Below, in pieces: positions 34,116 to 47,446 of a DNA stretch of 64,000 bases. The notes beneath the pieces were generated by a model that searched no databases, was not told the DNA's origin, and saw only the letters and a list, made by a program, of their open reading frames with translations. Positions within the stretch are counted from its first letter, which is position 1, and the number at the start of each line of letters is the position of its first letter. Source of the DNA: Fimicolochytrium jonesii (Eukaryota); the NCBI RefSeq assembly GCF_025526975.1, contig NW_026515684.1:496001-560000 (forward strand), given 5' to 3'. The translations under genes and the position numbers were made by a program.

Positions 34116-36921
34116 CTACAGCTTGGCTTTCACATCGGCGGCAGCGGCGGCGTTCAGGTCCTTGTACATTGCGTCGATAACCTCGCGGTATTTTTTCTGT
34201 AGGTTGAAAAAAAAAAACATCAATCAAAACGAACAAAACGAACAAAATCGCCCCCAAGTCATTGTTAGAGATGTCACCTACCGCAACCTCCACCCTCTTC
34301 AACTTGAAGGTCGGCGTCATCATCTCATTCTCAACGCCCCACGGCTCACACTCCAAATGCACTCTCTTCACAAACTCAAAGCCCCTCAATTTATCCTGCC
34401 GTCCCAACCTCCTCAAATCCTCTTCGATCGCTTTCCTGAACTTTGGGTCCTCGCACAGCGTCACGACGCGCGGGTCCATGGGTACGCCGGGGGCGAGGGG
34501 GGCTCCGGGGGGCGAGGAGGCGGGGAGGAGGCCGGATTGGATGGCGTACTGGATGGCGTATTCGGGGTCGGGGACGACGATCCCGACCAGTTCGGATTGG
34601 AGGGAGTCGCCGTGGACGTACATTTGGGCGACGAAGTTGGAGCGGATGTATGTGTTTTCAATCTAGAGATTCAGGGAGTGTTAGTGGACGGGATCCCTGT
34701 AACATTCAAAACGTTTGGCCCGCGGGAATTACCTTCTCAGGCGCACAGTACTCTCCCTGCGCCAACTTGAAGATATTCTTCTTCCTATCCACAATAGCCA
34801 ACCGTCCCTTCTCATCAATCACACCAATATCCCCCGTCTTAAACCACCCGTCCTCCGTCAGACACTCCGCAGTCTTCTCCGGTTCCTTCAGGTACCCGCC
34901 AAAGATATTGGCACCCCGGACCCAGATCTCGCCCTTGTTCTCGCGGGCATGGTATCCCATCTCGGGCACGGACACGAGCTTAAGTTCCGCGGACGACATG
35001 ATGGGGCCGACGTTACCCGCGCTGAAATCGCCGGGCCATTGAGCAGACACGCCGGCGGTGGTCTCGGTGGCGCCGTAGCCCTCGGAGATCTGGAACCCCA
35101 AGGCGGCACGGAGGAACATCAGCGTCTCCTTCCCGAGCGGGGCGGAACCCGACAAAAGGTACTTCATGCGACCGCCGAGGACGGCTTTGATTTTGTTGAA
35201 GACGAGGGGGTCCCATAAAGGGTGGGTCATCTGGCCCTTTTTGAGGTTCTCGAGCTTGGCGTTAAGGGCCATGCGGAAGAGACCGGCTTTGACCGCGCCG
35301 CCGCTGTTGGCGCCCATGACGATCTTGTCGTGAATGCGGTTGAGGAGGCGGGGGACGGAGGGGAAGAAGTCGGGCTTGAGGGCTCCGAAATCTTCCATCA
35401 ATAAGGCGACTGCGAAGAGGGGAGTTCAGCTTCAGCATTGAGCGTGACTTTGAAATGACGAGGCAGTAACCTACCATCACCACGAGAAAAGCCTATTGCT
35501 GCCCCCTTTCCGATGATTGTGACGATGGTAACCCTTTCGAAGACGTGCGCCAAAGGCAAGTAGCAGCATTCGACACCCGTGTCATCGATGGGGATGAGGG
35601 GCTCAGTGGCGCGCTGGACCGCAACCGCGTTTTTGTGCGAAAGAAGGGCGCCTTTTGGTACTCCGGTAGTTCCTGAGGGGATTCCTGAGGTGAGACCCAA
35701 CCCAAATTGCGCATAATCAATATGACCTTCCAACTATTCACGCGCACCTGATGTGTAACAAATGCACCAGATGTCCTCCGGAGCGGGTTCACGCACAGGT
35801 CTCGGGTTGGCCTTCCCAAGCTCCTCAACCTCCTCAAACGCATACAACGCAATCCCCTTCTCCGCAGCCCATTCCTTCAGAATCTGCAGCTTCGACGGGT
35901 CCGTTTCCGGCGTGGTCAAGTTTTTCATAACGACCAGCACTTTGAGGTCGGGCAGCTCCCCGGAGATTTTGAGCAGGCTGGGGATCTTATCCTCGGTCGT
36001 CACGCAGATCGGGATTTCGGAGTGGTGGAGAATGTATTGGCTGGCTTCTGGGCCGAGGGTGTCGTACAGCGCGACGGAGGCGTTGGAGTAGGCGTCGGCT
36101 CCCCAGTCGGCGATTAGCCATTCCGGACGGTTGATCTGCAAAACAGATGAAAATGGGTAAAAATGCCATGAGAGAGGGATGACGGCGGTGAATGTGGCAT
36201 ATTTCCGGACTTACGGAGTAGATTCCGAGGTTGTACTTTGTCAAAGCATCCCCACCGACAACCTCCGTATAGAGGTACTGACATCCGGCGCCAAAGTTCA
36301 GACGCCTCTCTCCAACCGTTTTCCAGTCCTGCCATTCGTATCCGCTCCAGACAGCGGCACCGGTCTTGTCGCGGCCGATAACGTGTCGGTGACCGAGACA
36401 GCGGTTTTTGGGGGTGGTCCTGATCGCGTTCTCGACGAGGTCGTAGACGGTTTTGATCTTTGGGTAGTCAAAGACCAGTTGTTCTGGCGACAACGCATTG
36501 CGGAAGATGCCTGGGAACATAGAGGTGTGAGTGGCACGACGACAGATGGGCCCTGGATGAAACGCTCGCGACATGGAAGATTGCGCGATCGACAATTCGA
36601 TACCCTGCTCTCACCGCTCGTGACAAGGAGGTTGGGCAGTGTGTGATCCGCAATCCTGAACCTCCGGCCTCGCCGCCGTCAAGCATCCCTGTGCCCACGG
36701 CACAGTCCTCAAGCATTCTCCTCGCTATCGCTCGGAAGCCTCGAGCACTCCCATCCCAAATTCCCATCCCTCCCCGTTTTCTCTCCCAATGACCTACCAG
36801 TCTCGTTATCCCCCTTCCGCGTCCCAGGCAACTCAATGGCCTGCTTATCGAATTTCGCCAGCTCCTCGGGCGTGTAGTGGTACACATCGACGTCGCCGTA
36901 CGTTTTTTGATGGTGGGGCAT
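34116..36921 (-). CDS. Long-chain acyl-CoA synthetase (ACSL/Faa type) with C-terminal PTS1 -AKL, multi-exon
   Basis: ICYTSGTTGVPKG, YLPLAHVFER, SGSAPL, EGYGATET, GWFKTGDIG, IVDRKKNIFKLAQGEY.APEKIE and MTPTFKLKR. Last exon ends DVKAKL-TAG at 34116. Confidence 0.96.
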
Positions 36922-37740
36922 GGTTGTGGATGGGGGGGGTCAACTTGCTGGGGAGATGGCGAAGTGTTAGAGAGTGATGGGGTGGTGGTGGGGAGTGAGA
37001 AGGGATGTATATAAGTACCTTGACGGTTGATTGTTGTTTGTGGATGGGAGGGGGGGTGGGTGATCTATAGCGGCAAGGTAAACGACGACGGTTGGGTGGG
37101 TGGGAGGGTGCTGGGTAAATTGCAGGCGCGGACTTGGACGGAAATCCGTTCCCACTCAGGAGTTAAAGTGACTTCACATGCCGGCGTCGCACCCAGCCGG
37201 TTTCCTCCTCCAAGAGAGAGGAGACGCGTGACCAATCTCCATCTGTCGGATGTCCCCAGGTGACCCCCCAAACACGCGCATGTTATGATGTACATATGGC
37301 AGTTGGCCGCTCTCGTCGGCCGCTCTGCTGGGGTGGAGCATTTCTTTTGTTTTTGAAATTTGAAGTGTCGCAGGAGATGTACAGTATGTACAGTATATAT
37401 TCAGCAAAGAAGAAGCCGCGCCTCATTCTGCTAGTCTCCACTGTAGCCTGTAGGCAAGCGATGTACTGCGTTAGACCCCGGCGGGTGACACCCATGCTCG
37501 ATTTGGGGTTTCGGGTGCGCCATGCATAGTTTCTCAAGGAAAAAGGCCAGCTTTCCTTCGTTTTAAAGAAATACACAAAAAGACGGTGTGCAGAGTGGTG
37601 TAGCGAGAGAGTGACGCTTGGGAACAGCGAGGGGTAGGTAAAAGGGTATGACAAAATTTCAATAGCCAAAATGGGTATCTCCATTGAGATATAAGAAACA
37701 AAATAGCGGATTGGAATGGGGGAACTCATGGCACGCGGAA

Positions 37741-38412
37741 TCAAAGCGACTGTGACAGCTGCTCACTCGACGACGGTAACCTATCCGGCGCCCTCGGCAG
37801 GGTCCTCGACGCCCTCCTCAACACCGTATCCAGATCCGTTTTCGACAATTTCCGCACCGTCTCCTTGAACTTATCCGCCAGCTTCGGCTTCTCTAGCGGC
37901 GACGTCGGTTCCGGTAACGCGCCGTGGGGCAAAGCGACCAGCGGTGGACCTGGCTGTTTCTTGACAAACGCCATACGCAGAAGCGCGTAACCGCGGTTCA
38001 TGTGCAGGTTCCAGTGTAGATCGACCTTGACCTCCGCCTCCTCCATCTCCAGCACTTTCGCGTCTTTTATGGAATGTTTCCCCTTTGCGATACATTCCTC
38101 CTTATCCCCCTCGCGTTTCAGCGTCCACACCTCGATATACACATGATGCGTGTCCTGCGTGATGGGTAGGGTTGTTGGGAAGGTGTCGAGGGTGTGTGTG
38201 ATGAGGCGTGGTGGGGAAAACCCGCGGCGGCCGAGGGTTGGCCGCCGCTCGGTCGGGGAGGCGCTGGTGGGTGGGCAGACGTGGGTATTCCGCCAGTCGG
38301 AGCCGTCGAGGGAGAGGCGGGTGTAGAGTTCGCGGTCTTTGAGGTTGACGTCGCGAGGGAGCGAGCAGGAGAGGACGGAGATGTCTAGGTTCCCTAGGAC
38401 CTCGACATACAT
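37741..38412 (-). CDS. C2-domain protein
   Basis: GNLDISVLSCSL...LYTRLSLDG..WRNT...HVYIEVW...ECIAKGKHSI...RGYALLRMAF follows the C2 beta-sandwich pattern. It may contain an in-frame intron near 38190-38280. Confidence 0.6.
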   Translation of the reverse strand: MYVEVLGNLDISVLSCSLPRDVNLKDRELYTRLSLDGSDWRNTHVCPPTSASPTERRPTLGRRGFSPPRLITHTLDTFPTTLPITQDTHHVYIEVWTLKREGDKEECIAKGKHSIKDAKVLEMEEAEVKVDLHWNLHMNRGYALLRMAFVKKQPGPPLVALPHGALPEPTSPLEKPKLADKFKETVRKLSKTDLDTVLRRASRTLPRAPDRLPSSSEQLSQSL

Positions 38413-39234
38413 TTGGCTAGGCGATTCTCAGTGATTCTCAGGGGTGAGGTTTCTTCTCGCCTGTGTGGGCTGGGCGGGTCTGTCGGGCGGTATTTTTGCT
38501 CGTCCTCTGTTACCTTCCCACTCAGCGTATGCGTGATTCTCAGGCGAGTCTGCAGGCGTTGACGGTGTGCGTTCTGGGAAGTTGAGCAAGTTGCAGATTG
38601 GCCTCAAGATGGCGGACCTTCCTCTCTCGGACTGCTTGCGATATTCGAGGGATAAGTTGTGAATACTGCTATATTGATAGCGACGAGTGCCGGAGCTGTT
38701 GCGGCGGTGGTGCTGTTGCGGGTTGGTTCGAACGTTGTGGCGGTGGTGGTTGGTTGGTTGGTTGTTGCAGTTGCAGTTTTGTTGAGTTTGTTCTGACTGA
38801 GTTTGCAGGCTGAGAAAAGAGGGGCCTAGTTCCAATAACAACATCGCATAGTGATCGCTGCCCGTGACTGACTCCAAGTGATGACAGCGCGCTGTGACTC
38901 CCCTCCCTTGCAATTAATCATCAGAGGTCAGGAAACGGCTTGGCCACAGACAGACAGCCCAGTCAATTCAGCAAGTAGGTTCGGACGGGCTCGGGGAAAA
39001 AGGCCACCTTCCCACGCATTTCTTCTGGGAAATGGGCTATCGCCACTCTGCTCTCCAACCACCACCTACCTTGCTCAGGAGTGCCCACGAGACGGACCGC
39101 CATTCAACCAGGAGCAGAGTGGAGTTGGGTGCGGGCGACTGCGTGCCGCGGAAAGTGAGGGAGGGAAATGGCTTGCTGAGCACCATCGCGGCCACCATCC
39201 TGCGAATTGCAGGACAGAAAACGAGAAAACGATA

Positions 39235-42200
39235 ATGGCCGCAACCCGCTTTTCCGCCCTTTATTGTAGTCAGGTGCGTTGCTGCATCGCCTTTCAGGTT
39301 ATTGCCCCCATGAACACTTATCGGATTCTCAATTCTAGCTTTACAGGTAAGCCCCGTGGGAAATTGCAACCAACTTGCTCAAAGGAGCTTAGTCCCTGAC
39401 CCAGCTATCCAATTCGTAGAAACAAAAAAGTCAAAAACTGGCTGGACGGCTACGTCGAGGTCAATGGCAGCAAGGTACATCCCTATCTTCAACCTCGTCT
39501 TCCATTTTCCCATTTTCAAGTTGTCTGAGCCTCACGATTCTTTCGTGTTTTCCCACGCATTGTAGATAACACTCCTAGACGAGCGAAACGAGGTTGTAGA
39601 GTCGCTGTATCGGACGGGAAGGAGACTGGGGGAGGGTGATGATGTGGAGTTTGATAAGTGGTATTGTACGGTTGAGGGAGCTTTGCAGAATGTGGGTGGG
39701 ACGGCTCCTGTCGCGAAGAAGATGTCGCAATCAACCCCAAGATACGACACGCCACGGACCCCACTCCCCGCCCCCCAATCAACCAGCGTCCGCAAAAAGT
39801 TCTCGCTCACGGTAACCCCGCGCGCACCGACACCGATCCAGGCATCCTCCACCCAAGACGACGAAGCGCCGATGCCTAGCCCACTCCCAAAGTCCATCAG
39901 TCATCGCGTATCAGAACCTCTTCGGGAAATAGAGCAACCTCACGAAACTATCCGTGCTCGTGCCAACGCGCAACCACAATCACAGCTACAGCTCCAAACG
40001 CCATCGAAACCGGCAACGCCAGTCAATCCACGTGCGCCGAGAAGTTCTGATGAGCTCCTGCAGCTGTTTGGCATGTCGGATGAGGAGGATGATGAGTTGG
40101 ACGCGCCTGTGCCGATCGTATTTGACGCTGCTGCAACTGCGGTGATGCAAGATGGTGTGCCGCTTGCGTCGGCGAGTCCTAGGTTGAATGGCACTAAACG
40201 GCCGGCGGACGTGGGGACATCATTAGTATCGGAGGGCGGGGAGGATTTGGTGGTAAGCTTTTGGCCGTCATTTCACAACGAGTATCACTTTCGCTTAGCC
40301 GACCCTAACAAACATCCTCCCAGGTTTCAAAGCGCAGACGAATCGTACCCAGCGTCGACGCCGTTTCAGAACCGCCAAAGAGCGCATCAACCATACCCGC
40401 GGTGAACCAACCAGCCGGAACTCCATCTAAACCGTTAGTCTAAAAAAAATTCGCCTCCCCCCATTCGTATAGCACGGCGTATCACAAAATCAGACTGACT
40501 GACTTTTTGTATTCTACACTCCATTGTACATACCTCGAATACATACACAGTCGACCGTTACCGCACCTGTTGCATAATATTGTGGATTGTTTGAAGTTTC
40601 CGGGTCCTCAAGGTGCGTTAGATGGACTGGTTGAACACTTACGCTTGAGGGAAGGTGCATGATGATCACTGTCTTGACCCATCGCTCCAACCCAGATTGC
40701 CAAAAACTTAAACCCGAAAAAATCCAACGCACTACCCGCATCCCCGCCAGTTTCGTAAGACACCCTAATCTCTCATGCCCATCCGCTCCCGGCATCAACA
40801 ACAACTGACCTCACACGAATTTTTTAACAGAAAACAGTAAACGCTTACAAAGAGTCCTTCCTCCGCGCCCTCACCGAAAACCTCCAGATCCAACTCCGTA
40901 CATCCGCGATCAACTACCACGCCGCCCTCCGAGAGGCCAAAAACAAAAACAAGAAGATTGATAATCTCACGGAATACCTGCGAGCAAAAGGACTGCCGTA
41001 TTATGAGCGGTGTCAATTGACGTATGTGCATTGGAGTTTGTTGATACCCCATCACACCATCTTTCGTTTTGACGGGCCTCTTTTTGTGCAGGTGGTATAA
41101 CGCCCCGTACCAAACTGGCAACAAGAAACGGCCCAAGAATCTGTTGTTGGCGTTTGAAAATAAAGAGCATTATTCGGTTTATTCCAAAGGTATCGTCACA
41201 TCACATCACATCCGCATGAAGACCACCCGTGCATTTTTTTAACGTACCCTCATCTACTACAGACGACCTGTGGGCCATCTCCGGCGACCCAGACTTCACC
41301 ACAACCTTCATCGGCCGCTCCCAATTCTACGGCGCCTCACGAAATTCCGTCATGGAGGTACTTCCCCCCCTTCCCTTCCCCATAATCCACCCACCCACTA
41401 ACCCCGTCTATCCGCACGTAGATAATCCCCATGTCCCCCCACGACACAACCCTAGCCAACACCCTCCTCACAACAACCCACACCGCCTGGGCGCTCCGTG
41501 TCGCTTCGGCGAGTTCGGATATTCTGATGATGGATAATCTCCGTGACAATCTCGGAAGAACAGGTCTATTGACGACGGTGTTGGACCCCAGCGCGGGTGG
41601 TGGGGGTGCGGGCGGGACAGGAGGGACGGGGACGGCGAAGGCGAAGGCAAAGGGGAGGGGGTTCAAAGCGCCGTCGAGCGCTGCGTTGGTGGACGGTGAG
41701 AAACTGGAGGATTATTGGCGGGTTATGGCGGATGTTGCCGGGAGTTACGGGTTGAATGAGAGTCAGAGGGAGGTATGTACATGATGGGTGGGGGGATCGG
41801 GGGTCCTTTTCCCGGTTTTTTTTTTTCGTGTGCCGGCTGATGAGAGTTCCTTGCCGGATAGGTTTTGACGCAGTTTGCGTCAAGCATCGCCGTCCCGGGC
41901 ACCCCCCCGATCTGTCTCGCCCACGGCGTCTTCGGCGCCGGCAAGAGTTTCCTCGTCTCCGTCATCGTCATCTTCCTGCACAAGGCCATGGCCTCCGGGT
42001 GTCTCCGCAAACCGGACAAGTTCAAAGTCCTGGTGGCGTCCATGACGAACGTCGCTGTGGATCGGATCCTGCTGGAGTTGCTCAGGCTTGAGTTCAGAGA
42101 TTTCGTGAGGGTGGGCAGTTTGAAGAAGATTGCGAAGCCGGTGTTGCCGTTCACCGCGCAGGCGAAGAATGATCATGAGGATACGCGGGATCTGCAGGAT

Positions 42201-44000
42201 TTGTTGAATGGCGAGCTGACGCCGGAGGAGCGGAGAGATGTGGAGGAAACGATGGCGAAGTTTAAGAAGAATATGAACAAGTCGATTACGGAGAAGGCTT
42301 TTCTTGTTGGTAAGATTTATTCCCGTTTCTCGAACTGAGTGTTCTCACTCGGAGATATGTTGGCGGAAAGAGGGGGGGAGGAGGGGGAGCCTTGGCTGAT
42401 TTCGTTCTTTTTGGTTTGTGTGGTGGGTGTAGGAGCGACCTGTTTGGCAACGACGTTCGAGAGCTTCGACTGGTATCAGAACACCGTCGTCATCCTCGAC
42501 GAGTGCAGGTGCGTCCGCTTCCCGCCTGAAACCCTCCCCATACCTAACCCCACCCCCACCCCCCCCACGCAGTCAAATGACAGAACCCATGTCCCTCCTC
42601 CCCCTCGCGCGCTTCGGCAGCCAAAAAGCGCTGCTTGTCGGCGACCCGCTCCAGCTGCCCCCGACGATCCCGACCACCGCCGACCCCAGCCGCAAAGACG
42701 GGTTGGAACGCACGTTGTTTGAGCGGTTGGCGGAAAGTGGGTTGACGCCGGTCTTGTTGAGGACGCAGTATCGGGTGAGTTGCGCAAAAATCAATCATCC
42801 GTCTCACGCTTTCCTTCCTTGGTTTTTTTTTGCTTCTGACATCTCTTCTGGTCCTTCTCATGTAAGTGTCATCCAGCGATCGCACAAATCAGCAACGAGC
42901 TCTTCTACCAAGGCCAGCTCACGCACGGGAAAACGGCCCAGGAGCTGTGTCCGCTCTACAACGGGTTACCGACACTTTCGTTCGTTGATGTGCCGAAAGG
43001 GCAGGAGGTGCGTGTGCTCCAGGAAACATTCTTCTGCGCACATACTAAGATTGCTTATGATGCTTCTTTTTTCTGGGGGGTAGGCTCAACAGAAAGGCGG
43101 GACGTGGGCTAATTTCGAGGGTGAGAGATTGATCGACATATATGTGCCCTGGATGATGCGAAGATGAGGACTTATGGTTTCTGTTTTTCTGTTCATCGCG
43201 CGCAGAGGCCCACCTGATCGTCACGGCGACACGCAAACTCCTCGACATTGGCGTTGATGCGAATGAGATTGGGGTCATTGCTTTGTGTAAGGGTTTTCGA
43301 ATGATTTTTTGCGTAAGGCGGGGATCGGATCGAGATCAAACGTGCATACTGACTCGAATTCAATGACCCATAGACCGCGGTCAAGCGGAAGTCATCCAAA
43401 CAATGCTCCGCGGCGAAATGGCGACGAAGAAGAAGGGCGGGGTGCAGGTAAAAAATCAAAAAGTGCGGTGCTTTCTTGAAGAGTTAATACTCACAACCCC
43501 CCGGGTCTTTTTGAAGGTCTCCACAGTCGACGCCTTCCAAGGCGCCGAGAAAACCGTCATCCTCCTCTCGACCGTGCGCACGCGCTACGTCGGGTTCATT
43601 GATGAACCGAGGAGGGTGAATGTCGCGTTGACGAGGGCCAAGCGGTAAGCAGTGGAGCCAAACTCGCCGACATGAGTATGGAATCGGGGACTGACTACGA
43701 CCATTGTTGGTTTTTCTTTTATTTTAGCCATCTCTTCATATTCGGCAACAAGACCCTGTTATCGCGCGATAAGCTGTGGGGGAAGGTGTTGGCACATAGC
43801 TGTACAGGTAGGTGGGATAATCCACATTTGGTGTTCCTGCCTGTGGGCAACCGGACACGCGAGAATGGAGTGAAATGCGTATCTCACCGGTATTGATGCA
43901 AACAGAATCGGGCGAAACAGGGACCCTCCACCCCGCCGGATTCATAACGCTCCTGGACCGCATTGCTGCGGATGTCGCTGCTGCGGATGCGATGGCGTAG
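39235..44000 (+). CDS. ZGRF1: ZGRF1-like protein: N-terminal DUF2439 plus Upf1/DNA2-like SF1 helicase (many exons including an 8-nt microexon)
   Basis: [23 protein letters not shown] (DUF2439), [57 protein letters not shown] and [13 protein letters not shown] at 43998-44000. Confidence 0.9.
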
Positions 44001-44345
44001 CGCCGGAGCACGTATCATTGACGGGCGGGATATCTGCGGCGTACCTGTTTCTTTCTTTTTGGATGGCCCCTCCGTTGCGGCGTTTTGACTTTTCACACCT
44101 GGATTTGAATGTAGACGCACATCCCAACACGGACATATGTCCATATCACGCTTGGCATGGTACGAGCATCGTGTCTTTGCAATATACACACGGGGAATAT
44201 AGATGATAGAAGAACGGAGGCAAAAGAAATTCTTAATACTGTATGCATACATGGGATGGGCGGACGTGACAGAGACCATGAAACCCGCCCAAACCCCGTC
44301 AACGTAAAACACACACACGCACACACACACACACATCGCGAGCAG

Positions 44346-45449
44346 CCCACCTTTGCCCCTTCTGCGTAAGAACCAGCGTCAACGACGCGTTAGCGAGTTC
44401 GAATCTCCGAGACTTCGCGTAAGGGAAACCCCGACCAAAAACGCGTTGTGGATTACTTAATCCAAACTGACAGGTTTTGATTACACGTCTTCAACCTGTC
44501 AGTGTTTCCCCGGCGATTTTTGCATCCGATGATTTCTCAATGTATGGGCCTTGAGAAGCCCAGAGTTCCCGGATGCTGTTTGTTGTGGTACCGCAGATGT
44601 GGACTTCCTCGGCACGGCAGAAAGGAATGGAAGTACGTATGGGGAACGCATGTGGGGCATCACCCGACGCGCTTTGCTTGACTAAACTATTGTAGCCGGG
44701 GAAAGCTGAAAACTGCCCACGGCTCGATGACACGGGCATTGTGCGAAAACAAAAGGCTGCGGGAGGGGACCCAAGTCAGTCACATTACCTTTCCCGTTTT
44801 TCTGAGCGTTGCCGTCATGGGTACGGAAATGCTGGCGGCCCCGAGATCCAGACGACCCAACAACGCGGAGGACCCCTATTCCTCCGTGCATTTTGCACAG
44901 GGGGGACTGACTCTCTTCCCCCTTCTCTCCTTTTTTGGAGGCCATGAAAGACTTGGTACGATGGTAGGCTGCTGCGTAGCCGAAAGGGCCAGGATACTCT
45001 TCCGCTGCCATGATTCTTTTGTCACACCTACGGGATTGACACCGTGTACAATTGCAAAAAGCTACAAGCAACACTTCGCTCATTCTCCTTCCTCGGGGTT
45101 TCATAGCCCCACCACGACGATTCTCCCGCCATGCGCAATCCCATCTGACCCGTCCGACCCTCCGCGTTCTTCCCAAAGCGTGTTCGGAAAGATGCTGGCG
45201 GCCTCCAAAATCACCAGCGGGGGGGTGAATGCTAACGACGAAAACTGCCCACCCTTTGCCGCTGGCACCTCCAGCCGGGATGGGGTTCGTGTTTCGGCGG
45301 CCGCTGTCTCTAACGGGCTCGCGGCTCGCGGCTGGCACGTACCTGAGGGGTGCGATGGGTGTGAAACAGTGCTTTTCAAGGGGACGATGTGCGCCAGATG
45401 CAGGTTCGAGTTTGCGACTAGGTACCGCGGATACGACTTGGGCGAATAA
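44346..45449 (+). CDS. Multi-exon orphan protein with C-terminal CxxC-x9-CxxC (5' end uncertain)
   Basis: Five GT-AG introns (44419-44473, 44542-44596, 44633-44695, 44775-44940, 44964-45061) join in a phase-consistent open frame ending CDGCETVLFKGTMCARCRFEF...*. Confidence 0.5.
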
Positions 45450-45863
45450 GGGGTTCCTCTTGTATCCAGGTGGATCGCCCTCAGGGGCGGCGACCTGTCC
45501 TATGCTGATGTGGTGCAGCTTGGCGATTTTGGATTGCGATGCAGGTTTGTGAGGGTCGAAGCTCGAACGCGTCGATTCACGCGTCAGGATCGTCCTTCCC
45601 CGCTTTTTGGCTGCATTCGAGATGTGAAGGCTCCGTAACCACCATCGGAAGGTTATTTTCGGTCCTCCTATATACATTACTCGATTATTGCGGCTTCCCC
45701 TCCGCGGACTTGGGGAGGCTACATACGTTCGCACCATCCTTCTGGTATTCCGCCCCGGTGCGTCGCCCTACGTACCACCGTCCCGCCCTGGCACACACAC
45801 CTACACCCATACTGAAAATACTCTCCCACGCGACTACTCTCACCCCTCCCACCTCCCCTCCAC

Positions 45864-47230
45864 TCACGCCGCAACCTTGGCCTTACTCCTACACTCATTC
45901 TCGCCCACCTGTCTCACAAACACGCTATCCGGCGGGTGATCCTTCTCGCCCTCATCGAACGAGTAGCTGCTCGCGACGGCCAGCATGGATCCGTCGCAGT
46001 TGAAGGCCAGCGACGAGATGCCGGTTGGGTAGCGCGGGTATTGCCGCATGCGCTTTTTGTTAAGGTGGTCCCAGATGTAGACGACGCCGTCGCTGCCGCC
46101 TGAGGCGAAGGTGCCGTGGCTGTGTCAAGGGGAAGAAGTGGGTTTGAGGGTGAGAATGGAAGCCAACGCAGCATGCAGAGATACACGCGGCACGATACAT
46201 ACATGGGATGAAACGCGATCGCATTGACAGGGAAGATGTGTTCCGTGTCATCCACCACCTGCCGATGGCACTTAAACGCATATTTCCTTGCCTGCGACTC
46301 CTTCGACGGGTCAAAGTACTCGACCGCGATCCGTCCCTCAATCGACCCGCTGACAAATCCTTCCCCGTTAGGCATACACCGCAACACCCTCGTCATGAAT
46401 TTCAGCGAGCTCTCCCGTGGCTGGAGGGTCTCCTTCATGTTGCGGATGTCGTAGACGAAGAGGCTCCGTCCGGCGGTTGCGACGACGAGGGTGTGCCCGA
46501 CTACGTCCATGGAGAAGACTTTGGCGGGTTGGGCGTATTTGCCGAGGGAGGCATTGGTGCGTGGGTCCCAGAGCCCGATGTGGTGGTCCCAACTTCCGGT
46601 TAAGATCTGGCCTGTTTGTGATGATGAAGGAGTCAGTGCTTGTCTGGGAGAGGTAGTATATTCTTTGAAGGGGATGTGCTCTTACCTGTCTCTGGCGCAT
46701 GCACGACGCACCGAATCGCATCGTCATGGCTCCCAATCACCGTTTCTCCGGGTGCATTCACATCGAAACTTTGGAGAGTTCGAACACACGATCAGTCGTG
46801 CTTTCTTGAATTCGCCGAGCCACTCCCACACCCAAACCCACCTCTTCAGCTTCTTATCCACGCCAACGCTAAAACACCGATTCCCGGACGAAAAGCAGAC
46901 GTCCAATGTGGCGGCCTTTTGATTCCACTCGCGTTTTAAAGTGTCGGTTGTAACATCGTACAGTCGCAGTTTCTGCAGGGACGGAAACGGCCATAAGAAT
47001 TCTTTGTCGAACCCGAGCACACTCAGACGCCCCTTTGCCCGTTATACAGCAGATATGCGAGTACTGCTCTATGTTTCGACGTATTGCTCCAGTCGCCGTA
47101 CCTTATCCCAACTTCCCACGAGCAGCAAGCTGGGGTCGTCTGGACTGAACTTGACACTCGATATGCCGTCCGTGGGAGGGTTTGAGAGCTCGTGGCCCAG
47201 AGTAGCAGTTGCGCTGCCTGCGAGTGCCAT
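45864..47230 (-). CDS. BUB3: Spindle-checkpoint WD40 protein Bub3 (multi-exon)
   Basis: [57 protein letters not shown] and [28 protein letters not shown]. Confidence 0.95.
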
Positions 47231-47446
47231 TATGTTGCGTCGAAGTGAGTGATCTTGCAGTCCATGTGCAGCCAATCCCCGCCGGGTATAAGAATCAGTA
47301 CTGTATAAGAATGCAGAGAGACGCGGCCAAGCCACAGTTCGCATTGTCTCGCAAATCTCGCCCTCAAACGCCCGACGGGAACTCCCTGCTAGCGCAAACG
47401 GAACTCCACAGCCCCGCCGCCCCCCCTGCCTGAACCCAAACCCACA

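Noticed and set aside
40473..40478. Second (6-nt) microexon in ZGRF1
   Set aside because: Flanked by AG and GT, but the frame is preserved without it, so the sequence alone does not require it.
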